A DNA stretch of 64,000 nucleotides, from positions 1,800,001 through 1,864,000 of the forward strand of contig CM075997.1 of assembly GCA_038087875.1 (NCBI GenBank). Reading direction: 5' to 3'. The position numbers were made by a program, and so were the translations under genes. Of the stretch, positions 53,437 to 64,000 are shown piece by piece. This stretch comes from Malacoraja senta. Taxonomy: Eukaryota. Position 1 is the stretch's first letter; each line of letters opens with the position of its first letter. A model generated the notes under the pieces. The model made no database searches. It saw only the letters and a list, made by a program, of their open reading frames with translations, and was not told the origin of the DNA.

Positions 53437-53945
53437 GACATTCTTGCTATTGAGGGAGTGCAGCGTAGGTTTACAAGGTTAATTCCCGGGATGGTGGGAC
53501 TGTCATATGTTGAGAGAATGGAGCGGCTGGGCTTGTACACTCTGTAATTTAGAAGGATGAGAGGGCATATTATTGAAATATATAAGATTATTAAGGGATT
53601 GGACACACTTAAGGCAGGAAACATGTTCCCGATGTTGGGGGAGTCCAGAACCAGGGGCCACAGTTTAAGAATAAGGAGTAAGCCATTTAGAACAGAGACG
53701 AGGAAAAACCTTTTCACCCAGAGAGTTGTGAATCCGTGGAATTCTCTGCCTCAGAAGGCAGTGGAGGCCAATTCTCTGGATGCTTTCGAGAGAGAGTTAG
53801 ATAGAGCTCTTAAAGAAAGCGGAGTCAAGGGATATGGGGAGAAGGCGGGAACGGGGTACTGATTGGGGATGATCAGCCATGATCACATTGAATGACGATC
53901 ACATTGAATGGCCTACTCCTGCACCTAGTGTTTATTGTCTATCGT
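53437..53945 (+). mobile_element. CR1 3' fragment
   Basis: EGVQRRFTRLIPG..FTQRVVNPWNSLP motifs and tail. Confidence 0.85.
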
Positions 53946-56152
53946 CATTTTGTCTATTGCCTGTCTGTACGGAGTTTGTACGTTCTCCCCGTGGGTTTTC
54001 TCCGGGTGCTCCCGGTTTCCTCCCGCACTCCAAAGACGTTGAGGTTTGTCGGTCATTTGGCTTCTGTAAATCGCTCCAGGCGTGTAGGACGCGATGGTGG
54101 TGCAATGTCGTACTAGTGTACGGGTGATCGATGGTCGACGCAGACTCGGTGGGCCGAAGGACCCATTTCCACGCTGTATTTCATAAAATCGAGTAAATTG
54201 CCCCTAGTAGCTGCCTGTCCCGCTGAGTTACTCCAGCATTCTGTGTCTATCTTCAGTGTAAACCGGCAACTGTAGCACCTACTCTACAATCATGATTGTG
54301 CCACGGGCAAGTAACATTTTCCAACTCAGCAGGGCATCCCCTCATCTTAAAGAGTTCGAAAAATACATTTCAAGGGATAATTATCGCAACCAGTTTATTG
54401 AGGTCGGAGCTTCTGTTTACATAAACTTTGGTTGCAAACAAATCACACCGACTTATTCCTTAATATGACGGGGTCCCACCTCTTCACATGAAGCAGCGGA
54501 TTCTTTTGCAGGTGACGTCACGATTCCTGCGCGCACTGTTCCTTTGTGGTTTTCCGCTTGTTTGCTGCTGGTTCAACTGTTCCACTCAAGGAAGGACAAG
54601 AGGTCGGCCATTGAGGACTGAGATGAGGAAAACACGTTTTCACCCACAGAGTTTGTGGGTCTGTGGAATTCTCTGCCACAGAAGGCAGTGGAGGCAGATT
54701 CACTGGATGCTTTCAAGAGAGAGTTGGATATAGCTCCTGGGGATAAAGGAATCAAGGGATATGGGGAGAAAGCAGGAACGGGGTACTGATTTTGGATGAT
54801 CAGCCATGATCATATTGAATGGCGGTGCTGGCTCGAAGGGCCGAATGGCCTACTCCTGCACATATTGTCTATTGTCTATGACCATATTGAATGGTGGTGC
54901 TGGCTCGAAGGGCCAAATGGCCTACTCCTGCACCCATTGTCTATGACCATATTGAATGGTGGTGCTGGCTCGAAGGGCCAAATGGCCTACTCCTGCACCC
55001 ACTGTCTATGACCATATTGAATGGCGGTGCTGGCTCGAAGGGCCAAATGGCCTACTCCTGCACCTATTTTCCCTGTTTCTATGGAAGGACAGGATCCATT
55101 ACTCGGTTGGGACCATTTAATAGGAACCGGAAGGGCAGTTTTTTCACTCATCAGGTGGTGGGTGTATGGAACGAGCTGCCAGAGGAAGTTGTTGAGGCAG
55201 ATACAATGAAAGCATTTAACAGACAATTGGACAGGTACGTGGATATAAAAGGTTTAGAGGGATATGGGCCAAACGTAGGCAAATGGGACTAGCGTAGAAA
55301 AGGCATCTTGGACAGCATGGACAAGTTGGGCCGAAGGACCTGTTTCCATGCTGTATAACTATGATTAGTTTAGATATACAGCATGGAAACAGCCCATTCA
55401 GCCCACCAAGTCCAGCCCGAACCAACGATCACACATCGTACTAGTTCCATATTATCCCAGTTTCACGACCTGCACACTAGGAGCAATCTTACAGAAGCCA
55501 ATTGACCCGATGTTTGGCTTTAAGACTTGAGAAATACAGGGTGGAAACAGGCCCTTCGGCCCACCGAGTCCGTGCCGACCAGCTATCACCCTGTACACCA
55601 GGTCTATCCTACACACACTAGGGACAATTTACAATTTTACCGAAGCCAATTATCCCACAAACCTGCACGTCTTTTGGAATGTGGGAGGAAACCGGAGCTG
55701 CTGGAGAAAACCCATGAGGTCACAGGGAGAATGTACAAACTCCGTACAGACAGCACCCGTGGTCAGGATCGAACCGGGGTCTCCGGCACTGTAAGGCAGC
55801 GTCCCCAGCGTTGCGCCACCGGGCCGCCCCCAATTGCTTTTCCCATTCCACTTCTTCATTATCCCCACTGAACTGCTTCCCCAGCCGGAGCAGGCCATTC
55901 TGCCCTTCCTGGGCTTGCTACACCATTCACACAAGTGGCGACCTCTGCCCGGTCCATCACGGGTACTGACCTCCCCCACCATCCACGGGATCTACAGGAG
56001 TCGCTGCCTCAAAAAGGCCGCCAGGATCATCAGAGACCCTCACCTCCCTGCCCACTCTCTCATTTCACCCCCTGCCATCGGGAAGAAGACATGGGAGCTT
56101 CCGTACGGACAGCACCGGTGGTCAGGACCGACTCCGGGTCTCTACGCTGTAA

Positions 56153-56488
56153 TGGGCCTGTCCCACTTACGCGACCTTTACAGGCGACTGCCGCGACCCG
56201 TGAAAAGTCGGGAGAGGTCGTGAGAGGTCTCTTATGGTCATGAGAGGTCGCGAGAGGTCATGAGAGGTCTCCTATGGTCATGAGAGGTCGTGAGAGGCCA
56301 TGAGAGGTCTCCTAAGGTCATGAGAGGTCGTGAGAGGTCATGAGAGGTATCCTATGGTCGTGAGAGGTCTCCAAAGAGTCGTCGAGTCTTTCTGGTCGCC
56401 GCTGAATTTTCAACATGTTGAAAATTCTGGCGACCTATCACGGGTGCCGGCAGTGGCCTGTAAAGGTCGCATAAGTGGGACAGGCCCT
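56153..56488. mobile_element. PIF/Harbinger-like MITE inserted in an HE1 SINE head; internal (GTCATGAGAG)n repeats
   Basis: TIRs GGGCCTGTCCCACTTA; flanks TAA/TTA. Confidence 0.8.
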
Positions 56489-58214
56489 TTAGGCAGCAAT
56501 TCTGGCGCTGCGCCACTCTGCCTCCATTGTAGGGAGCAGCAGGAGAAGTCATGTAGCCCGGCAAATCCCATGCCAGACGCCCCTCATCCCAATCAATCCG
56601 CGCATCCTTTTACTCTCCTCCGCTCCAAATTCAATCGATCTTGGCTTTGAACCACTTGAATCCACAGGCCTTGGGTAAGAGGATTGCAAAATAGATTTAT
56701 GTGAAGACATTTCTCTTCTTCAATCCCTTATCTTGGCACTTGGCACTTTCTATTTTTATTTGCGGCTTCCAGCAAGTGTGGTGTTCAGTGTCGGCCCCGC
56801 GCATTCTGCTCAAGAGTAAAGTCGAATACGGAGTGCCACCTCGACACTAACGCCATCTCCCCTCCCCTCACACGGAGATAATGCAACAAAGTGGGTTGTA
56901 TATAATGGTGAGTTAGAGGTAAGGACAACAGCGTGGTGAATCTGTGGAAAGCCAAGTCAGTGGATAACTTTTTAAGGCAGAGATAGATAGATTCTTGACA
57001 GCTTCACCTTGGCTTTGCACCGTGTGATTTTTTTAGACAGCGCCCCCCCCCCCCCCCCCCCCGCTTGCCCTGTCCCCGCCTGCATAACGGGCTGGTAAGC
57101 AAAGCGGTATGTGTGTGTGTGAGTGTTCCACTCTGACAACTAACAACAGCCTGTTTCCTTTATCATCGTAACTTTTCTGCATATCTTTCATTCATTGTTC
57201 TTTATCTCTCCACATCACCGTCTATATCTCTCGTTTCCCTTATCCCTAACCCAGTCTCAACTCGAAACGTCACCCATTCCTTCTGTCCAGAGATGCTGCC
57301 TGTCCCGCTGAGTTACTCCAGCTTTTTGTGTCTATCTTTGGTTTAATCCAGCATCTGCAGTTCCTTCTTACACTTGATTGGGGGAGATAGATCAGCCATG
57401 ATTGGATGGCAGAGTAGACCTGATGGGCCGAATGGCCTAATTCTGTTCCTATCACTTATGACCTTCACTCTATGTCTCTATTGGACCAAGCGCAGGCAAG
57501 TCTGAGTTTCTCTCCAGAGATGCTGCCTGTCCCGCTGAGTTACTCCAGCATTTTGTGTCTACCTTCGATTTAAACCAGCATCTGCAGTTCTTTCCTACGG
57601 GCAGGGGGGACTATGGGAGTTGGGACATGTTGGCCGGTGTGGGCAAGTTGGGCTGAAGGGCCTGTTTCCACACTGTATCACTCTGTCTAGGGTTAGTACG
57701 GGTGTCAGGGGTTATGGGGAGGAGGCAGGAGAATGGGGTTAGGAGGGAGAGATAGATCAGCCATGATTGAATGGCGGAGTAGACTTGATGGGCCGAATGG
57801 CCTAATTCTGCTCCTATCACTTATGACCTTATGACCTCAATAGTTTTCTCGTTGCTAAATTGGAATCCACCGTTGACTCCATCTACACGTCACGCTGCCT
57901 CAGCCAAGCAACCAACATAATCAAGGATAGGCTCAAAAATCTCAGCAGGACAGGCAGCGTCTATGGAGAGAAGGAATGGGTGACGTTTCGGGTCGAGACC
58001 CTTCTTCAGACCTTTCCCGCCCTTTTCCGCGTCAGGCAGAAGATACAGAAGCTTGAATGCGTGCACCACTAGACTCAGGGACAGCTTCTCCCCCTCTGTT
58101 ATCAGACTTCTGAACAGTCCTTCTATAATCTAAGGTACATTCACAATCTTCCAACCTACCTCATTCTGGAGGTTGGACTTTTTCTTTGGAACTGATGCGC
58201 TACAATGCTGAGAA

Positions 58215-58413
58215 TGTGGCGCCACCCGGTGGTTAGACAACTTATTGGACCTAGGACTGGCAGGGTCACGTGAGTAGGTTTGGCAGGAAGAAGGCGTCAG
58301 GTGGCTTTGGGTTGTGCCCTGTTATATACAGTATATAGAACTCTGGGAGAACTCTCCCCAGTCGCGAGTGAGCTGTTCTTTGTTTAGCTCAATAAAGATC
58401 ATTTGGTTTAACA
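58215..58413 (+). mobile_element. Possible short solo LTR
   Basis: Begins TGT, ends ACA, has TATA-like motifs and AATAAA; interrupts a LINE 3'UTR-like sequence; no clean TSD. Confidence 0.4.
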
Positions 58414-60499
58414 ACTATATTCTGCTCTCTGGTATCTTCCCCTTTGTGCTTTGATTTGATTGTATTTATTTGTATTATAATCTGATTTGGTAGGATTGGC
58501 AAAAGATTTTCGCTGTAACTCGGTACATGTGACAAGCCAGAACCAAAACCTAGGCTCTATGCGGCACGGCGGGTAGAGTTGCTGCCTCACAGCGCCAGAG
58601 ACCCAGGTTCGATCCCGACTACGGGTGCCGTCTGTGCGGAGTTTGCACGTTCTCCCCGTGACCCGCGTGGGTTTTCCCCGGGTGCTCCGGTTTTCTTTAC
58701 CGCGAATGACCTTTGACCACAAACACATGGACACATGACAATAAACTCTCTTGACTTGACTTGACTTGACACATCCCATGATTCCTTGCGTTTTTTGGAA
58801 TACCGAACTCGCTTATTGACAGAGGATACAAAACCTGCACGTCTTTGGAGTGTGGGAGGAAACTGGAGCGCCCGGAGGAAACCAATACGCCCGCAGGTGA
58901 CGGGGAGAAGGTAAAAACTCCAGAGTGACTGGGTGAGTGATGGTCGGCAGGGACCCGGTGGGCTGAAGGGCCTGTTTCCACGTGGAATCCCTGAAGTAAT
59001 CTAAACGAGCACTTGAATCACTAAAGCATAGCAAGTCTGCTGGCAATTAGGATTAATATAATACAGAAGGCTGCAGAACCTGCTACTGTGCTGTCTGGCT
59101 CGGTGAGTCTATGGTGGACAATGATGTTAGTTGGCACACAGGCAGATAATCGTTACGGCCCTGATGCTTCAGTCCAATACTTATGATTCTTTTTGTTCTC
59201 ATTCTGACACGCTAGATTTTCTTTCTTCCATCTTTGCTGGTAATGGAAGATCACTTCATTAGAAATATTTGTCCCGTGAATCAGCTTGATGGATTTGTGA
59301 TTTTATTAAAGAATAAGCTCATTTATTAATTGCCATCAACCTCACTATCTGCCTCGGAGGTATCGGTAAATTACTTACCAGTCCTGTCTGCACTCATGTG
59401 TATGAAAGAACTGCAGATGCTGGTTTAAATTCCCTAGTCTGAGGAAGGGTTTCGACCCGAAACGTCACCCATTCCTTCTCTCCAGAGATGCTGCCTGTCC
59501 CGCTGAGTTACAATAGACAATAGACAATAGACAATAGGTTCAGGAGTAGGCCATTTGGCCCTTCGACCATTCAATGTGATCATGGCTGATCATCGTTCCT
59601 GCCTCCTCCCCATATCCCCTGACTCCGCTATTTGTTAATGTTACTCCAGCATTTTGTCTCTATCTTCAGTTTAAACCAGCAGCTGTAGTTCCTTGCTACA
59701 TAGGACAGTAAAGCACAGGAACAGGCCCTTCGGCCCACAATGTCCGTTTTGTCTCTATCTTCGGTTGTTACTATCTACCTCATTGGTGACCCTCAGACAA
59801 TCTTTAAGGAAGATCTCCAGATGCTGGAAAAATGGAAGGTAGACAGAAATGCCGGACAAACTCAGCGGGTGAGGCAGCATCTATGGAGCGAAGGAATAGG
59901 TGACGTTTCGGGTCGAGACCCTTCTTCAGACTGATGTGGGGGTTGGGGGGGGGGGGCGGGAAGAAGAAAGGAAGAGGCGGAGACAGTGGGCTGTGGGAGA
60001 CCTGGGAAGGGGAGGGGAAGGAGGGAGAAAGCAAGGACTACCTGAAATTGGAGGTCAATGTTCATACCGTCGAAGAAGGATCTCGACCTGAAACGTCGCC
60101 AATTTCCTTCGCTCCATAGATGCTGCCTCACCCGCTGAGTTCCTCAGGCATTTTTGTCGACCATAAAATAACGTCGGTGCGGGCTCGAACCCAGGTCTCA
60201 GGCGCTGTGAGGCAGCAGCTATACAGGAATCAACAACCAGGGGACATTGTTTTTTAGGTGAGAGGGGAAAGATTTGATAGGAACCTTCCACGCTGTATCT
60301 CTAAGACATAAGCAAGTGGTGCTAATGCAGGGGCATGTACATTTAATTAACCTAGCTTCCTGCTGCTGCTGCCTGCATTGAAAGTGAAAGCTCAATTACA
60401 AGCAGATCGCTTGACGTTGACTGACTGGCAGATCTGAAAATAAAGAAACGCAGCAAATGGGTGCCCAACTGCTAGTAATTTGGTAGAATTAGAGTCAGG

Positions 60500-61290
60500 T
60501 TTTACAAGTGATCCTCCGTCAGTTTCGCCACCTCCAACGTGACCCCACCACTCGCCACATCTTCCCATCTCCCCCTATGTCTGCCTTCCGCAAAGACCGC
60601 TCCCTCCGTAACTCCCTTGTCAATTCTTCCCTTCCCTCCCATACCACCCCCTCCCCTGGTACTTTCCCTTGCAACCGCAAGAGATGCAACACTTGTCCCT
60701 TCACTTCCCCCCTCCACTCCATTCCAGGACCCAAGCAGTCGTTCCAGGTGCGACAGAGGTTCACCTGCATCTCCTCCAACCTCATCTATTGCATTCGCTG
60801 CTCTAGATGCCAGCTGATCTACATCGGTGAGACCAAGCGGAGGCTTGGCGATCGTTTCGCCGAACACCTCCGGTCGGTCCGCAATAACCAACTTGACCTC
60901 CCGGTGGCTCAGCACTTCAACTCCCCCTCCCATTCCGTATCTGACCTCTCTGTCCTGGGTCTCCTCCATGGCCACAGCGAGCAACACCGTAAATTGGAGG
61001 AAATGCACCTCATATTCCGCTTGGGCAGTCTACACCCTGGTGGCCTGAACGTTGAATTCTCCCAATTCTGCTAGCCCTGGCTGTCCCCTCCCCTTCATCA
61101 GCCATCTGGTTGTCTCCTCCCCTCCCCCAACCCTCGGGCTCCTCCTCCTCCTTTTCCTTTTTTCCTTTCTTCTCCCCACCCCCTATCAGTCTGAAGAAGG
61201 GTTTCGGCCCGAAACGTTACCTATTTCCTTCGCTCCATAGATGCTGCTGCACCCGCTGAGTTTCTCCAGCATTTTTGTGTACCTTCAGGT
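60500..61290 (+). mobile_element. Penelope-like element 3' part: Cys-rich linker, GIY-YIG endonuclease and terminal repeat
   Basis: Open ORF 60508-61074 (PCNRKRCNTC, NLIYCIRCSRC..YIGETKRRLGDRFAEH, VAQHF, GLN), then pyrimidine tract and hammerhead-like module. Confidence 0.9.
61188..61222 (+). ncRNA. Minimal hammerhead-ribozyme motif in the Penelope terminal repeat
   Basis: GU-CUGAAGA-A-GGGU(UUCG)GCCC-GAAA-CGUU-AC: both core boxes, 4-bp stem II, palindromic ACGU in place of stem III, very short stem I. Confidence 0.65.
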
Positions 61291-61526
61291 TTTATTTGTT
61301 CGGTTGTTACTTTAAAGCGCGGTTTAACGCGGGAGGTTGCTTTACGATCAAACTGGGAAGGAGGTGTCACCATACAAGTTGTGACTGTTCTGGCCTCCGT
61401 AACTCTCCACACACTGAGGGCGATCTTATAGAGGTGTATAAAATCTTGAGAGGAATAAATCGGTTAGACGCACAGAATCTCTTGCCCAGAGTTGGGGAAT
61501 CGAGGACCAGAGGACACAGGTTCAAG

Positions 61527-62287
61527 CAGGCACGGAAATCGCAATCAAAATATGGAGGGGACAGTGGGGACACAATTTCTTGGCGGCCGCGCGCGCATGC
61601 GCACACTCACACACACACACGCGAGGCTTCGGAGGCTCATTCCAGCGTTAAATGCAGCTCAACTCTGCTTGTTTCGCCGGGTTAACCTACAGCCCTGCCT
61701 GGACTGATGGGACACCAGCACTGCTTCTCCGCGCTGGCTGTAAACCTGGGCCATATTTCCCGCAAGTCCAGGCAGGGCTGTAGGTTAACCTGGCGGGACA
61801 GGCAGAGTTGAGCTGCGATTTGCGCTGCTTCTCTGCGCTGGCTGTGGGCCTGGGGGCACCGCGCGCGTCTGACTCCCGACGTCTCTGGCCACCCCCGGGC
61901 GGGATGGGGGTGGGGACGGGACAACGCCGGAGAGCCGGGATCGATCCTGGCTGTGGATGAGGCGCAGGTCTGTGCCACGTCTCCCTTCTCCAATCACCGC
62001 GCTCTATCCTCAGTCCCACCCCCCTCCCCCTTATTCCTCCCTCCTCCAATCATCGCGCTGAATCATCATGGCCCGCCCCCATTGCCTGCTGACCGACGTC
62101 TCTCTCGTCCAATCGACACCCTCGATCATCAGTCCCACCCCCACTGTCTCGCGGAAAGCGGAGATTTCACCGGGTTTTAAAATCCGGATTACAAAAACTT
62201 GGGGGGGGGGGGGATCGTCCCCCACCTTTGAAAACAGAGGGGGGAACGTGTGTCCCCCTGGCCCCTCCCCCGGGTTTTCCGCCCCTG
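61527..62287. mobile_element. Non-autonomous hAT element inserted in CR1
   Basis: Perfect 8-bp TSD GGTTCAAG (61519-61526, 62288-62295); imperfect TIR CAGG..CGGAAA. Confidence 0.85.
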
Positions 62288-62412
62288 GGTTCAAGGTGAA
62301 GGGGAAAAGATTTAATTAGGAATCTGAGGGGTAACTTTTTCACACAGAGGGTGGTGGGTGTATGGAACGAGCTGCCAGAGGAGGTAGTCGAGGCTGGGAC
62401 ATCTATAGTTCA

Positions 62413-62818
62413 AGAAGGAACTGCAGATGCTGGAAAATCAAAGGTAGACAAAAATGCTGGAGAAACTCAGCGGGTGCAGCAGCATCTATGGAGCGAAGGA
62501 AATAGGCAACGTTTCGGGCCGAAACCCGGAAGGGTTTCGGCCTGAAACGTTGCCTATTTCCTTCAGTGTTTCGGCCCGAAATGTTGCCTATTTCCTTCAG
62601 TGTTTCGGCCCGAAACGTTGCCTATTTCCTTCAGTGTTTCGGCCCGAAACATTGCCTATTTCCTTCAGTGTTTCGGCCCGAAACGTTGCCTATTTCCTTC
62701 AGTGTTTCGGCCCGAAACGTTGCCTATTTCCTTCAGTGTTTCAGCCCGAAACGTTGCCTATTTCCTTCACTCCATAGATGCTGCTGCACCCGCTGAGTTT
62801 CTCCAGCATTTTTGTCTA
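62413..62818. repeat. Penelope-terminus foldback with a 34-bp minisatellite (7 units) in the right arm
   Basis: Inverted arms around AAACCCGGAAGGGTTT; tandem unit with an array-specific CAGTG variant. Confidence 0.9.
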
Positions 62819-63465
62819 GGTACATCTATAGGACAGGTTTGGTGGGACTAGTGCAGCTGGGACATGTTGGCCGGTGTGGGCAAGTTGGGCTGAAGGGCCT
62901 GTTTCCATACTGTATCACCCTATGTACAGCTGCTACCGCACAACGCCACAAACCAGGGTTCGATCCTGACCTCGGCTCACCAAAGCCAATTAACCAACAA
63001 ACCCGCACGCCTTTTGAAACGTCACCCACTCCTCCTCTCCAGAGACGCTGCCCGTCCCGCTGAGTTCCTCCAGCATTTTGTGTCTATCTCTGGTGTAAAC
63101 CAGCATCTGCAGTTCCTTCCTACACAGTGTTATCTTTCTGCACCTCCATCCCACAATAGACCCCGGCTGAATGATTGATGTCGGAGAAGAAAGCTTCAAT
63201 AGAGGAGCTGGATCTGACATTTGGAAAATTAGAGTTGTTAATGTTTGATGATTTCCACTCTTGCGTCCCTTTATTTGGGGTATTTGCCGCTCATCGATCC
63301 AGCCAGTTCAAAGCCGCCTTAGATTCACCGTGGTGATTGGCTGCTCCGCACTGAGACCTTTCCCAGTTCAAGAACGGTGAGGTTGTGAATGATGCATGGG
63401 CCTGCCACCGCATGGAAATACATGTGTACTCAATTATTCAGCTTGCCTCTGCACCAGAATGATGC

Positions 63466-63514
63466 GTGTGTGTGTGTGTGTGTGTGTCTGTGTGTGTGTG
63501 TGTGTGTGTGTGTC

Positions 63515-63554
<40 letters not shown>

Positions 63555-63570
63555 TGTGTGTGTGTGTGTC

Positions 63571-63649
<79 letters not shown>

Positions 63650-63659
63650 CTGTGTGTGT

Positions 63660-63692
<33 letters not shown>

Positions 63693-63717
63693 AGTGTGTA
63701 TGTGTGTGTGTCTGTGT

Positions 63718-63768
<51 letters not shown>

Positions 63769-63816
63769 TGTGTATGTGTGTGTGTGTCTGTGTCTGTGTA
63801 TGTCTGTGTGTGCGTG

Positions 63817-63868
<52 letters not shown>

Positions 63869-63969
63869 TGTGTATGTGTGTGTGTGTCTGTGTCTGTGTA
63901 TGTCTGTGTGTGCGTGTGTGTGCGTGTGTGTGCGTGTGTGTGTGTGTGTCTGAGTGTGTGCGTGTGTGT

Positions 63970-64000
<31 letters not shown>
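63466..64000 (+). repeat. (GT)n microsatellite running to the window end
   Basis: Direct inspection. Confidence 0.97.

Overview
This is vertebrate genomic DNA, most likely from a cartilaginous fish (inferred from HE1-type SINEs and CR1 tails), with two 200-N assembly gaps. The window holds the 5' part of a + strand NPAS1-like bHLH-PAS gene that the ORF track largely misses. I read a GC-rich promoter with a probable non-coding exon 1 (donor at 748), a start-codon exon (31811-31987, MATQYNNELKCVSVEWDFLQGLLVKNQPVPC) and the 245-nt bHLH exon (48893-49137); the splice phases match. The introns are mostly nested repeats: CR1, L2, Rex/Babar, RTE and Tx1 LINE fragments, HE1 SINEs, Penelope-like (GIY-YIG) elements, PIF/Harbinger and hAT MITEs, and mini/microsatellites. 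The most interesting signal is a system built on the Penelope terminal repeat, which carries a minimal hammerhead-ribozyme motif. This ~120-bp module occurs in many copies, often as head-to-head foldbacks. It repeatedly spawns a 34-bp minisatellite, shows a filled/empty site with a 15-bp duplication, and is fused to HE1 SINEs with an identical junction at two loci. Also present are a decayed ~31-bp tandem repeat forming much of the intron background, a ~600-bp inverted duplication, and a gap-flanking 4-6 kb duplication that is probably two haplotypes. Family names come from motif recognition, not database searches, and repeat boundaries are approximate unless TSDs are given.
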